64,000 bases of DNA from Leucoraja erinacea (taxonomy: Eukaryota): contig NC_073379.1 in the NCBI RefSeq assembly GCF_028641065.1, positions 39,494,001 through 39,558,000 of the forward strand, given 5' to 3'. Numbering within the stretch: the stretch's first letter is position 1; the number at the start of each line of letters is the position of its first letter. The position numbers were made by a program, and so were the translations under genes. Shown piece after piece: positions 26,740-38,496 of the stretch. Under the pieces are notes generated by a model that saw only the letters and a program-made list of their open reading frames with translations, had not been told where the DNA came from and searched no databases.

Positions 26740-27320
26740 TTCGGATGGCGCCGTGAGCCGGCAGCCTCACCAACAGCTGTTCGTTCTTTCCACTTTTTTG
26801 TTTGTTTTTAGTGTCTAAAAGTGTGTTATAGTGTGTTTAAGTGTGGGGGTGTGGGCGGGAATTGGGGGAAACTTTTTTTAGGCACTTACCTCGGTGGAAT
26901 GCGACTTTTCTCCTAGTTTCCTAACCGGAAGTGGCGGCGCTGCCTTAGCAGCCGCCTGCAGTCCGTCTGTTTTTTCTTTTTTTGTTGTTTTCTTGTCCTG
27001 TTATAGTTAGTTAATTTTAGTTATTAGGTTGTGTATGTGTGGGGTGGGAGAAACTTGTTTTAGTCTTTCCTTCGGGGGAATGCGACCTTTTCTTGTCTTA
27101 TCCCCCGTCTCCGTCTGCGCTGAGGCCTAATGGCAGAGCAGGCGGCCTCCAACTGGGACCGACCTCCAGGCTCCGGAGGCAGAGCCAGCCAGGACTTACC
27201 AGCGCGAGGCTGGCCGACTTCGGGGCTGTGGCGGCGTTCCGTAGGCGGCCCGACCGGGGCTGTGGCGGCGTTCCGGCGGCGGCCCGACTTCAGGGCTGTG
27301 GCGGCGTTCCGGCGGAAAAT
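26740..27320 (+). mobile_element. Two stacked 5' heads of GC-rich retroelements, with three tandem repeats of about 35 bp at about 27214-27315
   Basis: GATGGCGCC head at about 26744 and CCGGAAGTGGCGGCG head at about 26925; repeat unit CCGACTTCGGGGCTGTGGCGGCGTTCCG. Confidence 0.55.
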
Positions 27321-27324
27321 GAAA

Positions 27325-29180
27325 TGCCTAATGAAAACAGGTACTCCCTCTTGGTAGCTGTCGGGGCAGACGGCTCTTCCAGTCTGAACGGCAGACAGGT
27401 CGGTGACTCCAATCCTAGCTATGAGACTCGACCGACGTAGGGCAGAGCCATAGCGGTGGGTGGCTCCATTGTCTGGGGTGCGGACAGGAGATTCTGTGGT
27501 GGCAGGCGAGACTCAAGGATGGTCTGGCGCCTCTCTGGTGCCAGGGTTCATGATGTCACGGACCGACATCAGAACAACCTCGAGAGGGAAGGTGAACAGC
27601 CGGCAGTAGTTGTGCACGTGGGCATAAACGACATCGGGAAGGAGAGGAAGGAGGTTCTGCAATGTGAGTTTAGAGAGTTAGGAAGAAGACTGAAAAGCAG
27701 AACTTCTACAGTGGTTATCTCTGGATTGCTTCCAGTACCTCGTGGTGGTGAGGGCAGGAACAGGGAGATAGGGGATCTGAATGTGTGGCGGGGGGCTAGT
27801 GCAGGGAGCAGGGATTCAGAATTATAGACCACTGGGATCTCTTCTGGGGTAGAGGTGACCTGTACAAAAGGGACGGGTTACACCTTAACTGGAGGGGGGA
27901 CCAATGTTTTGGCAGGCAGGTTTGCTAGGGTTACACGTGTGGGTTTAAACTAAATGGCGGGGGGGAGGGGTTGACAAATTGGGAGTATAAAGATGGAGTT
28001 AAAGGGGAAGTGAGTACAGGAAAAGTTACAAAAGACTCCAAAATTAATGGGAAGGAAAGTTTGAGAGGGGATGAGAGAGAGGGGTCAGGGCCAATAGTGA
28101 CCAGTGTGAGAGGAGAGGTGAATACCGAAGTTAAAATGTTGTATATGAATGCGTGAAGTATAAGAAATATAGTGGATGAGCTTGAGGCTCAGTTAGAAAT
28201 TGGCAAGTATGATGTTGTGAGAATTACAGAGACATGGCTGCAAGAGGGCCAGGGCTGGGAACTAAATATTCAGGGGTATACGTCCAATCGAAAAGAGAGA
28301 CAAGTGGGCAGATGGGGTGGGGTAGCTCTGTTGGTAAGGAATGAAATTCAATCCCTTGCAAGGGGTGACATAGAATCAGGAGATGTAGAGTCAGTATGGA
28401 TAGAACTGAGGAATTGTAAGGGTAAAAATACCCTAATGGGAGTTATCTACAGCCCCCAAACAGTAGCCTGGATATAGCGTGCAAGTTGAATCAAGAGTTA
28501 AAATTGGCATGTTGCAAAGGTAGTGCTACGGTTGTTATGGGAGATTTCAACATGCAGATAGACTGGGAAAATCAGGTTGGTACTGGACCCCAAGAAAGGG
28601 GGTTTATGGAGTGCCTTCGAGATGGATTAATAGAGCAGGTTGTGCTGGAGCCTACCAGGGAGAAGGCAATTCTGGATTTAATGTTGTGTAATGAACCGGA
28701 TTTGATAAGGGGACTCAAGGTTAAGGAGCCAATAGGAGGTAGTGAGCATAATATGATGTTTTAATCTACAATTTGAGAGGGAGAAGGGAAAATCGGAGAT
28801 GTCGGTATTACAGTTGAACAAAGGGGACTATGGAGGCATGAGGGAGGAGCTGGCCAAAGATGACTGGAAAGAGACCCTAGCAGGGATGACAGTGGAACAA
28901 CAATGGAAGGTCTTTCTGGGAATAATACAGAAGGTGCAGGATCACTTCATTCCAAAGAGGAAGAAAGATTCTAAGAGGAGTAAATGGCGATCGTGGCTGA
29001 CAAGGGAAGTCAAGGACAGTATAAAAATAAAAGAGAAGAAATATAACATTGCACAGATGAGCAGGAAGCCAGGGGATTGGGTAATGTTTAAAGAGCAACA
29101 GAAGATAACTAAAATGGCAATACGGGAAGAAATGATGAGGTACGAAGGTAAGCTAGCCAAGAATATAAAGGAGGATAGGG
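27325..29180 (+). mobile_element. CR1 LINE, ORF1 (SGNH esterase) plus ORF2 APE endonuclease, 3'-truncated and degenerate
   Basis: NRYSLL..GGSIV..GARVHDV..VVHVGINDIG..VISGLLPVPR; then MLYMNA, ITETWL, GGVALLV, VMGDFN, PTREKAILDL. Confidence 0.9.
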
Positions 29181-29612
29181 TTAGGCTCTCGCCGATGTAG
29201 AGAAGTTGACACCTGGAACAGCAGATGCAGTAGATGAGGTGCAGGTGAACCTTTGCCTCACCTGGAAAGACTGCTTGGGTCCTTGGATGAAGTCGAGGGG
29301 GAAGATAAAGCGACAAGTGTAGCAGCATTTCTTACGGTTGCAAAGGAAAGTACCGGGTGAGGAGGTGGTTTGGGTGGGAAGTGACGAATTGATCAGGGAT
29401 TTACCGAGGGAATGGTCTCTGCGGAAAGCAAAAAGGGGAGATGGGAAGATGTGGCCAGTGGTGGGATCCCACTGGAGGTGGCGAAAATGTCGGAGGATTA
29501 TATGTTGTATACGACGGCTGGTAGGGTGGACGGTGAGGAGAAGGGGGACTCTGTCCTTGTTTCGAGTAAGGGGATAGGGAGTAAGAGCAGAGCTGCGGGT
29601 AAGAGCGGAGCC
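29181..29612 (-). mobile_element. Penelope-like element fragment (GIY-YIG region)
   Basis: GPKQSFQVRQRFTCTS / YCICCSRCQLLYIGE. Confidence 0.85.
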
Positions 29613-29615
29613 ATT

Positions 29616-29707
29616 GCATACAACATATAATCCAGTCGTAGCATACAACATATATCCAGACATCGCATACAACATATGATCCAGCTTTCACATACACCAT
29701 ATAATCC
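29616..29707. repeat. Four tandem units of about 25 bp (GCATACAACATATAATCC core)
   Basis: The core is the reverse complement of 29495-29512. Confidence 0.8.
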
Positions 29708-30800
29708 TCTCACAGCTCCGCACTTACTCTATAGTGAGAAGGGAAAGATTTATTAGGAACCTGAGGGGCAGCATTTTCACACAGATGGTGGTGGGAATAT
29801 GGAATGAGCTGCCAGAGGACAGTTGAAGCAGGTACTATAGCAACATTTAAAAGACATTTGCACAGGTACATGGGTAGGAAATGTTTAGCGGGATATGGGC
29901 CAAACGCGGGCAGATAGATCTAGTGTAGATAAGGTAACTTGGTTGGCAATGGCAAGTTGAGCCGAAGGACCCGTTTCCGTTCTGTAGGACTCTCTGTCAG
30001 TGGAACTGAATACTTTTATACCCGTTTTGAACATTCAAACAAAGTTCCAACAATGCACAATCCCCACCCCACCGCCACTATCCAATTCACCCCAGTGACA
30101 GAAGTCAGATCTACTTTTATGGGAGTAAATTTGGAAAACAGCCAACCCAACCTGATGAGAGTCTTCACCAACATCTTCATCCTCCCCCTTCAACAGTTTA
30201 CTGTCCCCGTCTGTTTCAAGGGATCCTCCATCATTCCTGTCCGCATGAAAGTAAAGTAACCTATCTAATTGACTACTGGCCAGTAGCGCAACATTGACCA
30301 CAATGAAGTGCTTTGAAAGACTAGTAATGGCCCCATCTTCATCAGTTGCTCAGATAATCTTCACTCCTTGCAATTTGTGTACAGGACTCAGTCTGAGTAT
30401 GTCATCTCTTGTGCACTGCACTCAGCCTCTGGATCAACATGACAATAAGAACATCTATGTCACCATGCTATTTGTTGACTATAGCTCAGCCTTGAACACC
30501 ATAATGCCAAATAAATCCATCTCTAAATGTTTAGATCTTAGTCTTGCAACTGCAACTGGTTTCTGAACACCCGACCGGCAGACCTCAATCGGTTGGAATT
30601 GGTAACAACACCCTGCCCTCAACACTGGTGCCTTGAGATTGTGTGCTCAGTCCCCTGCTCTACATCCATGACTGAGTGGCCACGGACAAATTCAACTTGT
30701 GTAGGAAAGAATTGCAGATGTTGGTTTACATCGAAGGTAGTCACAAAATGCTGGAGTGACTCGGTGGGACAGACAGCATCTCTGGAGAGAAGGAATGGGT

Positions 30801-30828
30801 GACGTTTCGGGTCGAGACCCTTCTTCAG
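30801..30828 (-). ncRNA. Minimal hammerhead ribozyme motif with consensus core; a degenerate plus-strand copy follows at about 30852
   Basis: Minus strand CTGAAGAAGGGTCTCGACCCGAAACGTC. Confidence 0.65.
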
Positions 30829-30969
30829 ATTGATTCTGTCTGTCTGACAGTCTGAAGAAGGACCTCGACCCAAAATGTCACACTTCTCTCTTAGAGATGT
30901 TGCCTGTTCTGCTTCCACTCCAGCATTTTGTGTCTATCTTCGATAAAGCCAACTAGATCTTTAAGTACA

Positions 30970-31812
30970 CCGGTAGGCGGCGCGACTCTCGTCAGCAGTG
31001 GCCTCTGCAGCCCGTCTGCGTTTTTATTATTTTTTGTCTATGTTTTTATGTAGTTTTTGTTATTTTTTGTTGGGGTATGTGTGTGGGGGGGTGGGGGTGG
31101 GGTAACTTTTAAATCTCTCCCTGCAGGGGAGACCCGACCTTTTCTTTGTCGAGTCTCCGTTGTCGTTGGGGCTGCAACGAGGAGCGGCCTCCAACAGGAA
31201 GACCGGAGGCTCTGGTGCCGACGACTCACCTCACCGTCGCGGAGCTGGCCGAGTCCAGAGCGGGTGGAGCGGTGGTGGAGCGCTGCTGCTGCTGCGGCCC
31301 GACCTCCGGAGATTCGGAGGCTGCAACTGCGGGTCTGGCGGACGGCAGCACCGGGAGCCCTCGGGTCCCTGGAGGGAGACCGCTTTTCAGGGTTCCCGCA
31401 ACGGCGACTTCTCCCGCCCGAGTTGCGGGGTTGAAGAGCTCCTGGAGCGGGGCCTTACAGCACCTCCCCGCGCGGCTTGGAATGACCGCGGGACTCTGCG
31501 AGCGCACGCCGGGGGCTCTAACATCAAAACCCGTTGTGCGACCTTACATCACTCGGAGTGGCTTTAATGGCCGCGGGACAATCGCCATCGCCAGCCGGGG
31601 GCTTTGACTTTGACTCTGACATCGGGGAGGGGGGGGGTGTGCAGTGGAGAGATAAGTTTTTTTGGCCTTCCATCACAGCGATATGATGGATGTTTATGTA
31701 AATTATGTTGTGTCTTGGGTCTATTTGTTTGTAATGTATGGCTGCAGAAACGGCATTTCGTTTGGACCTCAAGGGGTCCAAATGACAATTAAATTGAATC
31801 TTGAATCTTGAA
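30970..31812 (+). mobile_element. Apparently full-length GC-rich non-autonomous retroelement (about 840 bp)
   Basis: GGCGGCGCG head, T-rich tract, CpG-rich body, 3' stem-loop TTTGGACC..GGTCCAAA, then TGACAATTAAA and (TTGAATC)n; interrupts the Rex RT at the KF..DDTT motif. Confidence 0.7.
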
Positions 31813-32894
31813 GTTCATCGACGATACTACTATTGTTGGCTGGGTCACCAACAATGATGAGAAGAATGGGGAAGAAATATGGAACCTTGCTTCATGGTGT
31901 CAGAACAATAACCTACCTCTTAATGCCAGCAAGGCAAAGGAGTCGACAGTACACCTAGGGAAGTGAGTTGGGGGACGGGGGTTGTGAACACAATCTATTC
32001 CAAACAATAAAGCTACTGTAGAGATAGTCGACAGCTTCACATTTTTAGGCATCCAATTCGCCAGCAACCTAATCTGGTCCCTTCACATTGATGTAGTTTT
32101 CAAGAAAGCGCACCACCATTTTTACTTTCTTGTGCATCTGAGAAAATTTGGCATGTGCACAAGGATTCTCTCAAACTGCTACAGATGCACTATAGAAATT
32201 ATTCTGACAGGATGCATCGCAGCCTGGTACGACAACTGTTCTATTCTCGATCGCCGTCTACCCGTAGAGAGTAGTGAACAACACCCAGTCGATTACAGGC
32301 TCGTCACCTCCTTTCACCCAGTCCATCTTCATGCTGCATTGCATCAGGAAGACTAGAAGTAGCCTCAAAGATGATGCCACCCTGGGCATTCCTGTCTCCT
32401 TCTGGGAGAAGGTACAGAAGCTTGAAAGCCTAGAACAAGACTTAAGAACAGCTTCTTTCCCACTGCTGTCAGACTCCTGAACCAATCACTTCTTTCACAA
32501 CACCCTCCAGGGGTTCTGCCACGTACTTTTAATCGCAATTCTACTAAATTTAGTTAGTCCGTAGTTGCACTTTAGTATTTTTTGCACTACAATCCTTACA
32601 CCGTTCTACTTTTCTTGGTTTAATGATGTAGAGTCGAGTGTTAATTGTTATATGGTCCAGAACAGCGAAATTCTTACTTGTTGCAACTTTACACACATTA
32701 AACACAACAAATATACAATAAACGTTCAGTTACCCTTGGTGAACCATTATTCATCAGTGTATTTATAGCTGTATCTATTATTACCGTGTATACCGATTAC
32801 TCTGAGTTCCAGATGGACAAGGAATTCCATGATGTGTGTGACAAGAAACTAATCTGAATCTGACATCCATTCAAAAACTGAAGTGATTGCTTAC

Positions 32895-32996
32895 CTTTAT
32901 CTTATTAGTTTTGTCATACTTGTCATTTTTAAACGCAATACAATTTTGATGCTTCTGTGCTCGCTTTCTTGTGACATTTCCCCTTTCAGAGCTCAT
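32895..32996 (-). CDS. C9orf85: C9orf85 homolog, coding exon 1
   Basis: Manual translation MSSERGNVTRKRAQKHQNCIAFKNDKYDKTNKIK resembles the C9orf85 N-terminus (MSSQKGNV..QKHQN..FKNDK.DK). 102 nt, followed by a GTAAGC donor, phase 0. Confidence 0.93.
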
Positions 32997-33019
32997 TATA
33001 TTCCTTTGTTAAATGGGTT

Positions 33020-33250
33020 TTTTGGCGAGCCACATGCGCTCCAACCACAATTACCCCGGAAGTTGATGGGCAGAAATCAATCACATGGAAACCTGCCAAT
33101 GCTACATCCATCCGTCGTTTCCTGTGTTAGGATGGTCGATAGGTCGCTCAGCACGTCAGTCATCGAAATATATCCAACCAAGGAAAAGGTGAGCGATCAC
33201 ACTGCCCATATTTTGCATGAAGCCTGGTTACAGCGACTATTTTAAATTGT
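33020..33250 (-). promoter_or_regulatory. Probable C9orf85 proximal promoter
   Basis: CCGGAAGT ETS/GABP motif (about 33056-33063) and an NRF1-like CACATGCGC (about 33031) within 70 bp of the ATG; locally retained CpGs. Confidence 0.5.
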
Positions 33251-35199
33251 TATTTTTTATTACCGACCTCTTCTCAATTGCATTACACATACCACACTTC
33301 TCTAAAGCGCCCCCAAAGGATGGCAACGTGTTATTTTTATTTCCACATTTATTACAATTTATAATATAAGAATCTACCATTGTTGGACAAGATGCACTCC
33401 AGCCTCTCAATGTTGAATGATCCTGTGAACACCAAGTGCTCCCTCTCCAGGCTTACCCAGGTACAGACGAATCTTCAGAAGTGGGACAGGCAGCTTGCTA
33501 TTTCATACGAAAAAGACCCACTGCCAGGGTCTGTGAAAGGAACACTTTTCCAATCCTACAAGCAAACTGACAATAGTCCCAAGCAAAAAATAACCTGCTG
33601 GAAGAACACAGTGGATCAAGCAATATCCGTGGAGATGAACATAGACACAACATGCTGGACAGGCAGCATCTCTGGAGAGAAGCAATGGGTGGTGACGTTT
33701 CGGCTGGAGACCCTTCAGACTGATCCGTGGAGATGAAGGGTGATATTTCAGGTCGTGCTCCTGCATCAGTACTGAAGCTGAAAAAATGTAAGACTCTATT
33801 CAAACTAAAAACACTCTGCAGAAACAAAAGATTGAATGGTTATGAGCTGGACCAGTGATTTTCTTTTCTGTTTGGTTATTTCTTGTTTGTGGACTGTTCA
33901 ACAGATTTTGGGTCCATTTGTTCCCATTATTCTGTTTTTCCATGAAAATGTATAGAAAATAAGAGGGGGTAGGACCAGAAAAGTTTTCGAACTTCTTCTT
34001 ACCCCTTTTGAACATGAACGATATTATTTGTATTATTTGAGTTACTTATTTGTTTGTTTTCCTTTGTGTTTTATTTTCTTTTTTTATTGCTTACAAGTTT
34101 ATTTGTGTTTGTATTTTTTAACACGTTCAATAAATTAATTTAATAAAAAAATAAAAAAATAAAAAAGGATGATAACCAGCAAAGATATCTTTGATAACCA
34201 GTGTAATAAAAGTGGGAGAGAGGGGTGAGACAGAGGCTGGTGAAAGGCTGAACCCGATAAGGGAGGCATGGTTGGGCAGACGGGACCAGGTGGAAGAGGG
34301 AATAACAAAAGTGGACCAAGCGATAAGAATCCCAGGAAGAAAGATAGATGGGTTATGAGCTGATGGAAGCAGTGATGGTAATGGCACATTCTTAGTTATG
34401 TGTATGACCAAAATATGAAAAATTGTGGAATAAATCTCGTCTAATTCGGAAAGCATTACAGGTATGTTTTGTACTGTATATATGATGCATATTTTTTCGA
34501 AGTTTATGAATTTAATTTTTTTTTGTTATGCAGACAATGTTTGTTTAGGGTCAGAGGTCAAATATGACTGGTCACGTGTGTGGCCTCACACGGAAGCATT
34601 TTTTTCATAACTCCTTTTTCTCTTACAAACTGTGACTTTTAAAAAGCTAGAATGTTCATATATTTAGCAGACATGCGTTATAGTTCTGTATGTATGAAAA
34701 TAGCAATGAATAAGATTAATCTCTTACAAGAATTTGTTAATGTATTAATTTAGATGATGACATTAGGTCAAATGTGTGAAATTTGGTTCACTTTCCAAAG
34801 AATGGTCCTAATAAACATTCATATCAAGTGATGAAGGGAGAGAGACCCTGGGTGGATCGATGGGTCATGGGTTGCTTGCAATTTAAACAATTGGGTCCCC
34901 AGACTTGCATTCCTCTGCACTGGAAATGTGTGGATGGGTAATTCACTTAACAACTTCTTGCCTCATTCCCCCAAAACCAAACTATGCACCAATGTTTTGG
35001 CTGCCTTTTTCTCCAACTGGTCACATATGCTACATTCAGCTGAGCAGGTCCCTTCAGCAGCAACTGGGGAACGAAATAGCAGGTAATAGAAAACAAAAAA
35101 GAAAATCAAGCTGGAAGTTCTCAGCAGGTCAGGTGGGGAATTAAGTAGAATTAATGTTTCAGGTTGAGGTCTTTAAAGAACTGGACACGTGGACAAATA

Positions 35200-36812
35200 C
35201 AGTGCATTCAGAAAGTAATCGGACCCCTTCACTTTTTCCACATTTTGTTACGTCACAGCCTTATTCTAAAATGGATTAAATTCATTTTTGTTTATCATCC
35301 ATGTGCACACAATACCCCATAATGAAAAATCAAAAACAGGTGTTTAGACATTTTTGTAAAGTAGTTAAAAATAAATAACTGAAATACCTGTATTACATTT
35401 ACATAAGTATTCAGACCCTTTGTTGAGGTACCTTTGGCAGCAATTACAGCCTCAAGCCTTCTTGGGTTTGACGCTACAAGCTTGGCACACCATTATTTGG
35501 GTAATTTCTCCCATTCTTCTCTGCAGATCTTCTCAAGCTCTGTCAGGTTGGATGGGGAGCGTCAATGCACAGCTATTTTCAGGTCCCTCCAGAGATGTTC
35601 TATCGGGATTCAAGTCCGGGCTCTGGCCGGGCCACTCATGGACATTCACAGACTTGTCATGAAGCCACTCCTGTGTTGTATTGGCTGTGTGCTTAGGGGC
35701 ATTGTTCTGTTGAAAGGAGAACCTCTGCCCCAGTCTGAGGTCCTGAATGCTCAGGAGCAGGTTTTCATCAAGGATCTCTCTGTACTTTGCTCCGTTCATC
35801 TTTCCCTCAATCGTGACTAGGCTCCCAATTCCTGCCACTGAAAAACATCCCCACAGCATGATGCTGCCACCACCATGCTTCGCCGTAGGTATGGTTTTGG
35901 CCAGGTGATGAGTGGTGCCTGGTTCCTTCCAGACGTGACACTTGGCATTCAGGCCAACGAGTTCAATCTTGGTTTCATCTGACCAGAGAATCTTGTTTAG
36001 GAGCCTTTTGGCAAACTCCAAGCGAGCTGTCATGTGCCTTTTACTGAGGAGTGACTTCCATCTGGCCACTCTACCATAAAGGCCTGATTGGTGGAGTGTT
36101 GCAGATATAGTTGTCCTTCTAGAATTTTCTCCCATCTCCACAGAGGAACTCTGGAGCTCTGTCAGAATGACCATCGGGTTCTTGGTCACCTCCCTGACCA
36201 AGGCTCCTTTCTCTCGATTGATCAGTTTGGCCGGGTGGCTGCCTCTAAGAAGAGACGTGGTGGTTTCAAAGTTCTTCCATTTAAGAATGACGGAGGCCAC
36301 TGTGCTCTTCGGGACCTGCAATGCTGCCAAAATTGTTTTATAACTTTCCCCAGATCTGTGTCTCCAGATCTGTGTCTCGACTGAGGTCTCCGGACAATTC
36401 CATCATCTTCATTGCTTGATTTTTGTTCTGACATGCACTGTCAACTGCAGGACCTTATATAGACAGGTGTGTGCTTTTCCAAATCATGTACAATCAATTT
36501 AATTTACCACTTGTGAACTCCAATCCACTTGTAGAAACATCTCAAGGATAATCAATGGAAACAGGATGCACCGAAGTTCAATTCTGAGTGTCACAGCAAA
36601 GGGTCTGAATACTTATCTAAATGTGAAATTTCAGTTATTTATTTTTAATTACTTTGCAAATATTTCTAAACACCTGTTTTTGCTTTTATATTATGAGGTA
36701 TTGTGTGTAGATTGATGATAAAACAAATGAATTTAATCCATTTTAGAATAAGGCTGTAACGTAACAAAATGTGGAAAAGGTGATGGGGTCTGAATACTTT
36801 CTGAATGCACTG
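35200..36812 (-). mobile_element. Tc1-like transposon, family B, full length
   Basis: TA|CAGTGCATTCAGAAAGTA...TACTTTCTGAATGCACTG|TA with about 210-bp TIRs; 265-aa transposase remnant (ILWSDETKIEL, KHGGGSIMLWGCFS, QQNNAPKH, WPGQSPDLNP). The second catalytic Asp reads Asn and the C-terminus is frameshifted. Confidence 0.95.
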
Positions 36813-37559
36813 TAAGTACAGTTTTAGTTGCAGAAAGACGGAGAGATAGAGGAATACTTGTAATAGGATGGGCCAAAGTTGTCAAGGTAACAATCACTTT
36901 AAAAACTGCATTTGGATCAAGATGATAAGGAAATAATTTGAGACATAATAAATTGGAGCAGGAAGGTTCAATTCAATTCTATACCCTTCCCTGTAAAAGG
37001 TAAGAGTTGCTGCAGAAGATAAGAGATGTCTCCAGAGATGCTGCCCGACCTGCTGAGTTACTCTTCCACTATGTTTTTTGATAAATCAGCATATGCAACG
37101 CCTTGTGCCTCTTCCCCATCATTTCAATTTCAACCAAACATTTTTTTCTCATGGAACTTATAATGCCACAGTAGAAGTTGTTAAAGCTCATCTTTTTATT
37201 TGTTCTCCTTCATCCAGTAACATAGAACATTATAGAATGCTTCCATTCAGTTTGCAAGGGTGACGAGCATCCAGTTGCTTATCTCTTTAATTCCCCTCCA
37301 ACTTTCATTCTCTGCATCTCCAGTCTCCAACAGCATTGGCAAACATAAAATCGGGAAAAATGTAATCTGTCTCTGGGAACATGGGAACCATCAGTAGTAA
37401 GTTTAATAATTCCACGTAAAACACAATTGTTCTCACAGATGTGGCTGTTCCATACTGTTTCAATTTATGTCTCGGATTGATTAGGTATCATTTTATCCTA
37501 ACCTATTTTTAAAACTTGATCTGTAAATTTGATCTGTATTGTACGTAAGGTCACTGGGT

Positions 37560-38376
37560 CATAGGGCTGGATGCACGGAGCCGCTCAATCCATCTGGAGG
37601 ACATCCGTAACTTCCAGTATATGTTATTAATGCAAGAAACGCGTACTTTTCTACCTGTTAAAAACCGCCAAAATGTTGAATTTTTGCGCTGTAAAAAAAT
37701 TGTGGAAGTCGGGGTAACCGTGAGAGACATGTACCCAACTTCAGAATTCCAAAGGTGAAGCGAAATGAAGGTAAAGAGAAGCGAGAACCGAAGGGACAAC
37801 AACCGCTAAAGTGCTTGACGAACATTGGCTTGGCGCACAAGGCATTATTTGTGTTTTTTCTTGATTCCTTTGGTATCTAAAAAGTCTGAGAAGTGATAAA
37901 TCTGGTTGTAGATTTTGCTTCAGAGGCGTTTCCTTTTTGTATGTAAAAACCACTTGAGAACCATGGGCGATTTTAAAATTTTACAGCCAGATTTATCACT
38001 TCTGAAACATTTTAGATGCCAAAGGAATCAAGAAAAAACACAAATAATGCCTTGGTTGATGAAATGCAGTGAGCAAACGGTCAATGTTTGCCAAGCACTT
38101 TGGCTGTTGTTGTCCCTTCAGCTCTCGCTTCTATCTACCGTAATTTCTCCTCACTTTTGGAATTCTGAAGTAGGCTAAATGTCTCTGACGCTTATCCTGA
38201 TTTCCATAATTATTTACAGCGCAAATATTGACAATTTCGGCGGGTTTTAACGGGCCAGCTACGCTGGAAACAATGGTCAGTGCTTACTTGCAGTTCATCG
38301 CGTGTACTCCATTTGGCGTAGCGTAGCAATACTACGGGTCATGAGTCGTGACCCGACTGCCGTGAAACCTCCCTAT
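37560..38376. mobile_element. Foldback-type non-autonomous DNA element
   Basis: Long imperfect inverted repeat, about 37655-37915 versus 37978-38253; weak terminal similarity ATAGGG..CACGG / CCGTG..CCCTAT. Confidence 0.6.
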
Positions 38377-38496
38377 TCGTAATTTGTATCTAACGGAATC
38401 GGGATATGGGGAGAAAGCAGGAACGGGGTACTGATTCTAGATGATCAGCCATGATCATATTGAATGGCGGTGCTGGCTCGAAGGACCGAATGGCCG

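Larger units (their letters stand above)
30040..32490 (+). mobile_element. Degraded Rex1/Babar LINE with nested insertions
   Basis: MKCFERLV, MLFVDYSSA, DDTTIVG, WCQNNNL, LRKFGM..YRCTIE..LTGCI remnants. Confidence 0.75.

Noticed and set aside
29616-29707. Possible CRISPR-like repeat-spacer array
   Set aside because: Spacers are only about 6 nt, the context is eukaryotic with no cas genes, and the repeat derives from adjacent Penelope sequence.
34420-34830. Possible DNA transposon end
   Set aside because: Composition is suggestive, but no TIR pair, TSD or second copy was found.
38441-38496. N-terminus of the 327-aa RT ORF
   Set aside because: [11 protein letters not shown] comes from the CR1 3' UTR that the Rex element inserted into; a chance in-frame fusion.
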